This document shows positions 8,969 to 17,464 of a stretch of 61,911 nt of DNA, piece after piece. Made by a program: the position numbers and the translations under genes. Within the stretch, counting starts at the first letter, position 1. Each line of letters starts with the position of its first letter. Origin of the DNA: Syntrophomonas sp. UBA4911 (GTDB lineage: Bacteria; Bacillota; Syntrophomonadia; Syntrophomonadales; Syntrophomonadaceae); NCBI GenBank assembly GCA_002398105.1, contig DHCD01000010.1, forward strand, positions 55,683-117,593, in the 5' to 3' direction. Under the pieces are notes generated by a model. That model was not told the origin of the DNA. It searched no databases and saw only the letters and a program-made list of their open reading frames with translations.

Positions 8969-9922
8969 TTAAGTTGCATACAATACCAGTTGTTCTTCAG
9001 AGATGCCGGGAAAAAGGGAACGAGCTACACCCATGGAGATGATGCGGGCGCTGTTTTCAATTATTTCATCTATTTCCTTGGGGGTAACTCCCATACTTCC
9101 GCCAAAGGGGCTTAGTATTTCCTTGATGGAGTTTAAAGAGGTATTTTCATTATATGAAGCGCCACTGTTCAGGCAGAATTTTTTTACCGCTTCATTGGCG
9201 ATAACGGCGGCACTTACTATAGTAGGGCAGCCAATGGCTATTACCGGCACTCCTAGATCCTCTTGCCTGATAGCGTGACGGGCATTGCCTACTCCTGAGC
9301 CTGGCTGAATACCGGTATTTGACATCTGCACACTGGTTCCTATGCGTTCAACATTTTGTGCGGCCAGGGCATCGACTACTACCAGTAAGGCTGGCTTGAC
9401 CTTTTCTACAATACCTTTGATCACTTCGAAAGTTTCCAGACCGGTAATCCCAAGTACCCCGGGCGCTATGCCGCAACTGGGTCTCATGCCCTGAACCAGA
9501 GCATCAGGGGCATAACTATGATAATGGCGGGTAATGGGGCTGTATTCAATGAATTTTGGCCCCAGGGCGTCAGCTACTGCTCTCCAGTTGCCCAGTCCAA
9601 CCAGAAGCACGGTATCCTGAGGCTTAAGATAATTCCCGATCATAGCCTGCAGGCTTTTTTCCATAGTTTGAATTATTTCATCTCTGACATAAGGATCATT
9701 TATTTTCAGCGGGGGTGATTCGATAGTCACATAGGTGCCTATAGGACGGCCTAACTGGTCGGCTCCGGTTTGATTGAGGATAGTAATAGTAGTGAATTTG
9801 ATATGTTCCAATTGTTCAACCTCTTCTTTGACTCCGGGTATTTCCTGATCAGCGGCACCTCGAACCAAATCGCGGGCTTCAATCGCCATATCTACATAAA
9901 TATTGAAATCTTTCAGCAGCAT
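8969..9922 (-). CDS. gpr: GPR endopeptidase (spore germination protease)
   Basis: LVGLGNW...TPDALGP-like block, GITGLET, VVDALAA, and NTGIQPGSGVGN...LGVPVIAIGCPT all align with B. subtilis GPR as I recall it. Confidence 0.9.
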   Translation of the reverse strand: MLLKDFNIYVDMAIEARDLVRGAADQEIPGVKEEVEQLEHIKFTTITILNQTGADQLGRPIGTYVTIESPPLKINDPYVRDEIIQTMEKSLQAMIGNYLKPQDTVLLVGLGNWRAVADALGPKFIEYSPITRHYHSYAPDALVQGMRPSCGIAPGVLGITGLETFEVIKGIVEKVKPALLVVVDALAAQNVERIGTSVQMSNTGIQPGSGVGNARHAIRQEDLGVPVIAIGCPTIVSAAVIANEAVKKFCLNSGASYNENTSLNSIKEILSPFGGSMGVTPKEIDEIIENSARIISMGVARSLFPGISEEQLVLYAT

Positions 9923-9942
9923 GATTTAAACCTCCTTGGGAT

Positions 9943-9972
9943 TATTATCTGTTGGTCCTGGCATATTTATGC
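9943..9972 (-). promoter_or_regulatory. Candidate forespore (sigma F/G-type) promoter of gpr
   Basis: On the minus strand: GCATA, an 18-nt spacer, GATAATA, then an AAGGAGG RBS and the ATG. This resembles the sigma-G consensus GnATA-N17/18-CATAnTA. Confidence 0.35.
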
Positions 9973-9979
9973 ATAAAAT

Positions 9980-10005
9980 AAATGGCGACGGTTAAGTCGC
10001 CATTT
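9980..10005 (-). terminator. Orphan intrinsic terminator (no minus-strand ORF upstream)
   Basis: Perfect 10-bp stem AAATGGCGAC-ggttaa-GTCGCCATTT, followed on the minus strand by UUAUUUUAU. Confidence 0.5.
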
Positions 10006-10191
10006 GGGGAGAGGAGAATTTTGTAAAGTTGTTGGGGAGGGTTTGTTACCAGATTCTCTCTGGTAGTTATATCATTACCCAACTGAAGAGATAATATACA
10101 CCATACTAAAAAAAATTTTCTATGATAAAATGATTTTAGCAAAAAAGGGGCCAGCCGAAAATCGGCGAATATATGACAGAGGAGCGGAATC

Positions 10192-10746
10192 GTGCGTGTA
10201 ATAGCAGGAACAGCCCGGGGAAAACGCTTGCAAGCCCCGCGGGGAATGGATACCCGACCTATCACCGATATGATCAAAGAAGCTCTTTTCAATGTGATAG
10301 GGAGCAATATAGGCGGCGCCAGCCTGTTGGACCTGTTTGCCGGCAGCGGCAGTGTAGGAATAGAAGCCTTAAGCCGGGGAGCCCGTCCGGTAGTATTTAT
10401 TGATAATAGCCATAACGCGGTTCGGGTTATTCGAGAAAACTTGCATAGCTGCGGTTTTGGTGAGGGATTTGAATTATATCGCAACGATGTTTTCAGGGCT
10501 ATGGAAATTTTAGCGAGGCGGAAAACGAAGTTTGATTATATATACGCTGACCCTCCATTTACTGTAGAGACTATCTTTAACCCTCTTGTGGAGGCGCTGG
10601 ACCGATCGTCCTTGCTGGTACCGGAGGGCAGCCTTATCGTACGCAGTCCCAAGAGGATGAGTCTAACTCTTGAATTAAGCTCGTTGAAAGAATATCGGGC
10701 AAATAATTATGGAGAATCGACCCTGCATTACTACCATTTAGTCTAA
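10192..10746 (+). CDS. rsmD: 16S rRNA (guanine966-N2)-methyltransferase
   Basis: MRVIAGTARGKRL, SAM-binding LDLFAGSGSVGIEALSRGA, and catalytic DPPF (IYADPPFT). Confidence 0.88.
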   Translation: MRVIAGTARGKRLQAPRGMDTRPITDMIKEALFNVIGSNIGGASLLDLFAGSGSVGIEALSRGARPVVFIDNSHNAVRVIRENLHSCGFGEGFELYRNDVFRAMEILARRKTKFDYIYADPPFTVETIFNPLVEALDRSSLLVPEGSLIVRSPKRMSLTLELSSLKEYRANNYGESTLHYYHLV

Positions 10747-10842
10747 AGTTGAGAAACTAGCCCTGAAGGAGCGGCGGCAGATGAGCTCCCAGGATGAAAT
10801 ATTTTGCATACTAAAAATCTTTTCTAAGGAGGTAGTCGGAAA

Positions 10843-11307
10843 ATGATGGAGATTTACCGGATACTGGATGAACTCGAGCTTATGATAAAAGACAGTAAAA
10901 AGGTGCCTCTTTCCAGTGGAAAGGTTATGATTGAAAGTTACCGGTTCCTGGATCGGGTAGACCGTATTAGGGCTATCCTGCCGGAAGAGCTGGAGACAGC
11001 TCGTCTGATCATAAGCGAAAAAGAACGCATCGTCAAAGAAGCTTGTGCCCAGGCCGATGATTATGTGGAACAGTCGCGCAATCAGGTAGCACAAATGGTG
11101 GATGATAACGAAATAACCCGTAACGCCATGCAGATGGGAGAGGAAATAGTAGCCAAGGCTGAAGAGATGGCGCGGGAGATCCGCCGCGATGCCAACGAAT
11201 ATGCCGACGGGGTCCTTACTCATATGGAAATTGTGTTAAAGAAAGGCCTGGAGGCTATCAGCCAGGGGAAAGATGAATTAAATGAATCTCCGAGGGAGGA
11301 TTATTGA
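10843..11307 (+). CDS. Hypothetical coiled-coil protein
   Basis: AAGGAGG RBS. 154 aa, charged and alpha-helical. No family recognised with certainty. Occupies the slot between rsmD and ylbJ where coaD usually lies. Confidence 0.6.
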   Translation: MMEIYRILDELELMIKDSKKVPLSSGKVMIESYRFLDRVDRIRAILPEELETARLIISEKERIVKEACAQADDYVEQSRNQVAQMVDDNEITRNAMQMGEEIVAKAEEMAREIRRDANEYADGVLTHMEIVLKKGLEAISQGKDELNESPREDY

Positions 11308-12554
11308 TCTTGCCAACGGAGGCTTACCAACATCATCAGCCCAATTAGAATCAAACCCAAAAGCAGACAGGAAAGGGAAACATGCCAGGCGTCAAAGGAA
11401 TACAGGACTTTATGATAAGGAAAAGTAAAAACCCCGATGGCCGAGCGGGGAGCGATAACGGCCTTGTAGGTGAAGACGGTTATGGTTAATGATAAGATCA
11501 TTTGAATAAGGCGGGAGAGAAGATAAAAAGATAAACGTACCGGTGTGCCTGCCATGACACTCATGACTTGGGCAATAACGGAGAAACCGCTGAAGGCCAG
11601 GACAGCACTGACTGCCAGCAGCTTATATATTGGGTCGGCCTGGGCGGCCAGGACTATGGTCCGGGCACCGAGGGTAATTTCGAACATGCCCATACCGAGA
11701 CCATAGGCCACTTGATAAGGAAGAGACAGGAATTCGAACATACAGGAAAACATGGCGGCTACCGTATCCATTATCCCCCAGACAGCCAGCATACGGGTTA
11801 AGACGGAAAAGATTATAACAAAGCCTGCAATAGCCAAAATGTTGTTCAGGCTATTTTTTATGGCGTCGCCCAGTAAGGTCCCCATACCCTGAGGTTTATG
11901 GTATTGCAGGAAAGCCTGCCAGGCCTCGGCCCATCGGGACTGCTGGGATCGGGTTATGCGGTTGCCGGAGGGAGACGCACGGAACCGCCACATAATACCC
12001 AGCAGGATGTTGGACAGGTAATGGGAAAAAGCCAGCAGGTATCCCATTATAGGGGAGGCAAACATGCCTACCCCTACAGCTCCAAGTATAAAAAGAGGGC
12101 TGCAATTATTAGTGAAAGAAACCAGCCTTTCAGTTTCGTCAGCAGTCAGCAGATTCTCGTCATATAGTTTACGGCTCAGGACAGCGCCGATAGGAAATCC
12201 GGAAGTAAACCCCATCACCACTACCAGAGAACTGCAGCCCGGCAGACGGAAAACAGGTCTCATTACCGGCTCCAGGATAATGCCTAGAAAATTTACAAAA
12301 CCCAGATTGACCATAAGTTCGGCTACAATAAAAAAAGGCAGTAAAGCCGGCAAGAGAACTGAAAACCAGAGTTTACAGCCCATCCCGGCAGCAGTAACCG
12401 TTTCCTGCGGGTTAAGAATCATGAAAGCGGTTAGAATTAATATTATAATGAGAAAAAAGATTCGGGAATAATTGCCCAATCCAAACAACTCCAATTCGAG
12501 AGACGTGAAAAGTAAAAGGGTGAGGGGCAGAGTAATTACGCCCTCACCTTTCAC
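11301..12554 (-). CDS. ylbJ: Sporulation integral membrane protein YlbJ
   Basis: 417 aa, polytopic membrane protein (nucleoside-recognition/Gate-like). Conserved ylb synteny next to the patatin gene. Confidence 0.78.
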   Translation of the reverse strand: MKGEGVITLPLTLLLFTSLELELFGLGNYSRIFFLIIILILTAFMILNPQETVTAAGMGCKLWFSVLLPALLPFFIVAELMVNLGFVNFLGIILEPVMRPVFRLPGCSSLVVVMGFTSGFPIGAVLSRKLYDENLLTADETERLVSFTNNCSPLFILGAVGVGMFASPIMGYLLAFSHYLSNILLGIMWRFRASPSGNRITRSQQSRWAEAWQAFLQYHKPQGMGTLLGDAIKNSLNNILAIAGFVIIFSVLTRMLAVWGIMDTVAAMFSCMFEFLSLPYQVAYGLGMGMFEITLGARTIVLAAQADPIYKLLAVSAVLAFSGFSVIAQVMSVMAGTPVRLSFYLLSRLIQMILSLTITVFTYKAVIAPRSAIGVFTFPYHKVLYSFDAWHVSLSCLLLGLILIGLMMLVSLRWQDQ

Positions 12555-12625
12555 CCCTTACCCCCACTATATGTTTTTAAGGTGGAAGTTTAGAAGAACA
12601 ATACCTATTACCGGAGGTGACAGTT

Positions 12626-13408
12626 ATGAGAGAACGGCCTAGGATTGCTCTGGTACTGGGTGCGGGAAGCGCCCGGGGACTGGCCCATATTGGAATATTA
12701 CAGGTGTTGCAGGAAAATAGTATCCCCTTTGACTTTATTGTGGGAAGCAGCATGGGAGCAATGGTAGGAGGGATATACGCTTGTGGAGCTGATATGAAAA
12801 TGCTGGGCCGTATGATAAATAATATGGACTCCAAGCTATTTTTTGACGTCCAGCTCCCGCGTCTGGGTTTTATCTCCGGCAAGAAAATAAAGGAATTGCT
12901 CAATCTGCTGACTAAGCGCAAGGAATTTAAAGATACCTGCATTCCGTTGCTGGTGGTGGCTACCGACCTGTTGTCCGGGCAGGAAGTAGTACTGGAGGAA
13001 GGTTCAATAACAGAAGCGGTTCGGGCCAGCATCTCCATCCCGGGAATTTTTCATCCGGTAAAACGGGATGGGATGATCCTGGTAGACGGCGCCGTGGTAG
13101 ATCGCCTGCCGGTGGAAGTAGCCCGTGACCGGGGGGCGGACATAATTATTGCGGTGGACGTTACCTTTGGTGACGGCCGGGTAGTTAGTGTAAACAATAC
13201 TATGGATGTAATTCTAACCGCTATAGATATCATGCAAAAGCAACAATTCGACTTGATATATCATAAGGCCGATATCCTTATTCAGCCGGCTGTTAGCGGA
13301 TTCGGCTCCCGCGATTATGAAAAGTCACAGGAATTAATCGCACTCGGCCGGCAGGCGGCGGAAGAAAAACTGGAAGAGATACGGGAGAAAATAAGCAGGT
13401 ATACATAA
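12626..13408 (+). CDS. Patatin-like phospholipase (YlbK family)
   Basis: Oxyanion GxGxxG (LGAGSARG), lipase GxSxG (GSSMGA) and catalytic DGA/DGG (LVDGAV). The ATG at 12626 lies 5-6 nt after GGAGGTGA. The ORF track starts at an upstream GTG (12617). Confidence 0.85.
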   Translation: MRERPRIALVLGAGSARGLAHIGILQVLQENSIPFDFIVGSSMGAMVGGIYACGADMKMLGRMINNMDSKLFFDVQLPRLGFISGKKIKELLNLLTKRKEFKDTCIPLLVVATDLLSGQEVVLEEGSITEAVRASISIPGIFHPVKRDGMILVDGAVVDRLPVEVARDRGADIIIAVDVTFGDGRVVSVNNTMDVILTAIDIMQKQQFDLIYHKADILIQPAVSGFGSRDYEKSQELIALGRQAAEEKLEEIREKISRYT

Positions 13409-13415
13409 GGAGAAA

Positions 13416-14663
13416 TTATACTATTATCGGCGATGTAGTAAAATCTTTTCCGGCCTGTCGCTGGGAAGGTTCCGGGTAGAGCAAAGTGTAAACATCAGTG
13501 GCCCGTACCTCCAGATCAATCATAGCGCGTAAAGTGCTTCCGGGATTCTCATCCCGGTTTTTTTTCATGTCTTTACCCCGGCTCAGGACTGGAAGTTCCG
13601 ATTTATTTTTAATTTCTTGAAGGATTTTCTGCCCTTTTGCCGAAAAACCTAAAATATGTAAGTACATGGGGCCATGCTGATCAAAACCTGATATTTGTTC
13701 ATTGGTAAGTTCAAAAAGTATGTACATTAAAGTACGCTTGATTCTTGTAAAGCTGTAACGTTTAGACTTTACGGATTGCAGAAGCTGATTCAGGGTACCC
13801 GAGCAGCCGGCGGCTTCTTTGAAACGGGATTCCAGGCCTTCACTGATTTCGTAGATGGTTCTGAGATCCGGTAGAGAAATAGTCCTGAGTTTAATCAGAA
13901 CAGCTCTTTCCAGAGTGTCTAATGAGACCGGGCAGCGTCCAAGAGAAATCTCTCTTTCCAGTATTTTGAGGCTAGCCTGCGGCATTGAGCCACCAAGATC
14001 ATTCAGGCCGTTATTGGTGAGCAGATGATTCCGGATGGCGGTAGCGCTGGCAAGAGGGGCCAAATTGGTATCGTGATAACCGGAGCCTTTGCGCTTTATC
14101 AGGATAGGAGCCAAGGTTAAGGATTCCTCTTTTATTACCCGGAGGTATTCTATAGCCAGGATGTTGTTGGGACCAGATAAAACAGCTTGTAGATCAGCAG
14201 AACGCTTCCCCATGTATTGCTGCAGAGCTTGTGACCGGGCGAGGGGAAAACTTTTGCCGCTGGCCAGGTTTTTTTTTACCAGATTGGAGTAGACTGCCGG
14301 TTCGGCAGCAAGTATTTCCGTTATGGAGTTTAATACCTGCAGGTCGTCACTTTCAGCTCCAAAGGCCAGGTGGGTGATCACGCCGCTACGCTGCAGCAGT
14401 CTAAGTGCACCTTGCGCAAAATAGTATGCGCTTCTGACCGAGAAGCAAAAAGGGAGTTCTATAACCACGTCTGCACCAGACTTTAAGGCCATTTCGGCCC
14501 GGGCCCATTTATTGCAGATAGCCGGTTCGCCTCGTTGCAGAAAATTACCACTCATCACACAGACGATGGGGCAGGAACTATTCTTCTGTTTGGCCTCGGT
14601 AATCAGATGCAGGTGACCGTTGTGGAAGGGATTGTATTCAGCCACGATGCCTATGATAGCCAT
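13416..14663 (-). CDS. tmcAL: tRNA(Met) cytidine acetate ligase (YlbM/UPF0348 nucleotidyltransferase)
   Basis: GIVAEYNPFHNGHLHLI...MSGNFLQRGEPA...KWARAEMAL aligns closely with B. subtilis YlbM. The ATG at 14663 has an AAGGAG RBS. Confidence 0.82.
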   Translation of the reverse strand: MAIIGIVAEYNPFHNGHLHLITEAKQKNSSCPIVCVMSGNFLQRGEPAICNKWARAEMALKSGADVVIELPFCFSVRSAYYFAQGALRLLQRSGVITHLAFGAESDDLQVLNSITEILAAEPAVYSNLVKKNLASGKSFPLARSQALQQYMGKRSADLQAVLSGPNNILAIEYLRVIKEESLTLAPILIKRKGSGYHDTNLAPLASATAIRNHLLTNNGLNDLGGSMPQASLKILEREISLGRCPVSLDTLERAVLIKLRTISLPDLRTIYEISEGLESRFKEAAGCSGTLNQLLQSVKSKRYSFTRIKRTLMYILFELTNEQISGFDQHGPMYLHILGFSAKGQKILQEIKNKSELPVLSRGKDMKKNRDENPGSTLRAMIDLEVRATDVYTLLYPEPSQRQAGKDFTTSPIIV

Positions 14664-14792
14664 GATAAACTCCTTAATGTAAAAATGTGATTTGATAAAT
14701 CTTACCACTAAATTGTCTATTTATGCTAGAATTAACTAGAGATTTGCGGCCTGAAAAAGAGAACCGTTATAAAGAATATGGGAGGTAGAAGT

Positions 14793-15785
14793 ATGAGTCT
14801 GTTAGCAGAAATTAGAGAGAAAGCTTCTAAAATGGGTAAAACCATAGTTTTGCCCGAAGGAACCGAGGAAAGAACCCTGCAGGCTATTAAAGGGATAATA
14901 GACCAGAAGATAGCCCACCCCATTCTCCTAGGTGATGAAAGTGAAATTAAAGGCCTAGCCAGTAAAATTGGCGCTGACCTGACCGGAGCAGAAATTATCA
15001 ATCCGGAGCAAGCCCCCTTCTTTGATGATTTTGTGCAGACATTTTATGAAATGCGCAAAAATAAGGGAGTTGATCTGGACAAGGCTAAAAAGACTATGTT
15101 GAATCCGCTGTTTTTTGCTTCCATGATGGTTAAAGCGGGTAAAGCCGACGGAGAAGTTGCCGGCGCCGAAAATACCACCGGTAATGTGCTTAGACCGGCA
15201 CTGCAGATTATCAAAACTGCTCCCGGAATAAGTTCAGTATCCGGCGCCTTTATTGTTATTGTACCCAACTGCGAATTTGGAGCTAACGGCACTTTTGTGT
15301 TTGCCGACTGTGCCGTAACTATTGACCCCACCGCCGAAGAACTGGCGGCATTTGCTAAAGCTTCCGTTGCCACCGCTACCGATTTGTGTGGAATAAAAGA
15401 ACCTCATATCGGAATGCTGTCCTTCTCCACTAAAGGCAGTGCCAGCCATGCTATGGTGGATAAAGTAACTCAGGCTACTGCTATCGCCAAAGAAAAATAT
15501 CCCGAATTAAAAATCGACGGAGAATTCCAGTTCGACGCCGCCATAGTTCCCAAGGTGGGAGCTTCCAAAGCCCCGGGCAGTGACGTTGCCGGGCAATGTA
15601 ATGTTTTGATATTCCCGGATATCAACTCGGGTAATATCGGGTACAAAATTGCTCAGAGGCTCGGTAAAGCTGAAGCTATCGGCCCGATTCTGCAAGGTAT
15701 TGCCAAGCCGGTCAATGACCTTTCCCGCGGCTGCAGTGTAGAAGATATAGTCAACGTAGTAGCCATGACTGCAGTAAGAGCCTAA
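14793..15785 (+). CDS. pta: Phosphate acetyltransferase
   Basis: KTIVLPEGTEERTL...NVLIFPDINSGNIGYKIAQRL, typical of Pta. The ATG at 14793 follows a GGAGG RBS. Adjacent to ackA. Confidence 0.9.
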   Translation: MSLLAEIREKASKMGKTIVLPEGTEERTLQAIKGIIDQKIAHPILLGDESEIKGLASKIGADLTGAEIINPEQAPFFDDFVQTFYEMRKNKGVDLDKAKKTMLNPLFFASMMVKAGKADGEVAGAENTTGNVLRPALQIIKTAPGISSVSGAFIVIVPNCEFGANGTFVFADCAVTIDPTAEELAAFAKASVATATDLCGIKEPHIGMLSFSTKGSASHAMVDKVTQATAIAKEKYPELKIDGEFQFDAAIVPKVGASKAPGSDVAGQCNVLIFPDINSGNIGYKIAQRLGKAEAIGPILQGIAKPVNDLSRGCSVEDIVNVVAMTAVRA

Positions 15786-15846
15786 GCCAGAAAATGGGGG
15801 GATCTGTACCTTAATATTTTAGGAGAATAAGGAGGTAATTGATTAA

Positions 15847-17040
15847 ATGAAGGTTCTGGTTGTAAATGCTGGTAGTTCATCTATCAAGTATCAGGTCGTC
15901 GATATGACCGATGAAAGCGTATTGGCTGTCGGTCTGGTTGACCGGGTGGGTATCCCCGGTACTACCCTGGAGCATAAACCCGTGGGTAAGGACAAAGTGT
16001 TGATTAAGAAGGATTTGCCTGACCATACTGCAGGAATGAAACTGGTGCTTGAGGTTCTGGTCAATGAAGAATACGGATGCATTAAGAGCATGGACGAAAT
16101 CGGGGCGGTAGGCCATCGGGTGGTTCATGGCGGAGAAGAATTTGCTCAATCCGTAGTGATTGATGACCGGGTGAAAAAGGTCATCAAGGATTGTTTCGAC
16201 ATTGCCCCCCTGCATAATCCCCCGAATATGATGGGAATTGAAGCCTGTCAGGAGCTGATGCCCAATGTAAAACATGTGGCTGTTTTTGACACCGCTTTCC
16301 ACCAGAGCATGGAGCCGGCCAATTTCCTATATGCTTTACCTTATGAAGTCTATGAAAAATTCCGGGTAAGAAGATATGGTTTCCACGGAACCTCCCATTT
16401 CTATGTATCCCACCGGGCTGCCGACATGCTGGGCAAGCCTTTTGACCAGTGTAAAATCATAACTCTGCACCTGGGTAACGGAGCCAGTATGGCCGCAATC
16501 AGGGACGGCAAGGTTATTGATACTACCATGGGCTTCACTCCCTTGGAAGGTCTGGTTATGGGAACCCGCTCCGGTGACATTGACCCGGCCATCGTATTCT
16601 TCCTGATGGAAAAACTAGGCTTAAACACCACCGAAGCCAACAACTATTTCAATAAGAAATCAGGTATGCTGGGTCTGTCCGGGGTGTCCAATGATCTGAG
16701 AGATATCCTTGAGGCTGCTGCTTCCGGCAATCAGAGAGCCCAGATAGCTTTGGATGTATACTACAACCGGGTGAAAGGGTATATTGGCAACTATATGGCC
16801 AAATTAAACGGTTGCGACTGTCTGGTATTTACCGCCGGCGTAGGTGAAAATGCTATTGATATCAGGGAAAACATCTGCAAGGACCTGGATTATCTGGGTG
16901 TCAAGATGGATGTCGAAAAGAACAAAGTACGGGGTAAAGAGGTTGATGTAGCTGCCGCTGACTCCAAAGTTAAGATATTTGTTATTCCTACCAATGAAGA
17001 ACTGGTTATTGCCCGCGATACTTATAATCTCGCCAAGTAA
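15847..17040 (+). CDS. ackA: Acetate kinase
   Basis: MKVLVVNAGSSSIKYQ, HRVVHGG, GFHGTSH and the TNEE C-terminal motif. Confidence 0.95.
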   Translation: MKVLVVNAGSSSIKYQVVDMTDESVLAVGLVDRVGIPGTTLEHKPVGKDKVLIKKDLPDHTAGMKLVLEVLVNEEYGCIKSMDEIGAVGHRVVHGGEEFAQSVVIDDRVKKVIKDCFDIAPLHNPPNMMGIEACQELMPNVKHVAVFDTAFHQSMEPANFLYALPYEVYEKFRVRRYGFHGTSHFYVSHRAADMLGKPFDQCKIITLHLGNGASMAAIRDGKVIDTTMGFTPLEGLVMGTRSGDIDPAIVFFLMEKLGLNTTEANNYFNKKSGMLGLSGVSNDLRDILEAAASGNQRAQIALDVYYNRVKGYIGNYMAKLNGCDCLVFTAGVGENAIDIRENICKDLDYLGVKMDVEKNKVRGKEVDVAAADSKVKIFVIPTNEELVIARDTYNLAK

Positions 17041-17056
17041 AAAGTACTTATTGATG

Positions 17057-17088
17057 GAGGCGGGAATTTCCCGCCTCTGTTTATTTTT
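17057..17088 (+). terminator. Intrinsic terminator after ackA
   Basis: GAGGCGGG-aattt-CCCGCCTC followed by TGTTTATTTTT. Confidence 0.7.
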
Positions 17089-17108
17089 AAAGATACCTAT
17101 AGTAATGA

Positions 17109-17137
17109 ATCCGGAGCACAGACTCTGGATTTTTTTA
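17109..17137 (+). terminator. Second intrinsic terminator, about 50 nt after the first
   Basis: ATCCGGAG-cacaga-CTCTGGAT followed by TTTTTTT. Confidence 0.55.
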
Positions 17138-17464
17138 TTGCTTTTTTGTATTGGCCTTAGCGGTGACAGTCGGAACGGTAAATCTTTATAAAGACCTCCG
17201 GATATCATCCATAGAGTAATGATGATGGCAGAAGACGGTTTTGATAAGTTTTCAGCCCCAAATATCAGCCTGGTTATAATAAATTTATATTTATAGCTTA
17301 ACACTAATACTAATATTGAAATAACCTTCATTTTGACAATATATTTTACTTTATTTTGCTGTAGCAAGTATACTGTTTCAATCAATATGCCCGTGCCTGT
17401 AGAAACAGGCTACGGTATACCGGCTGAACCAACTCAGGATTGGCTAGGGAAGGAAGTAATAGTC

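Noticed and set aside
9945-10484. 179-aa minus-strand ORF overlapping rsmD.
   Set aside because: It is antisense to rsmD, which has clear SAM-binding and DPPF motifs. Its product is rich in Arg, Pro, Ser and Leu, and it has no RBS.
16804-17385. 193-aa minus-strand ORF spanning the ackA 3' end and the AT-rich spacer.
   Set aside because: It overlaps ackA in antisense and crosses two plus-strand terminators. Its AT-rich Ile/Lys/Phe/Asn composition is what random translation of AT-rich DNA would give.
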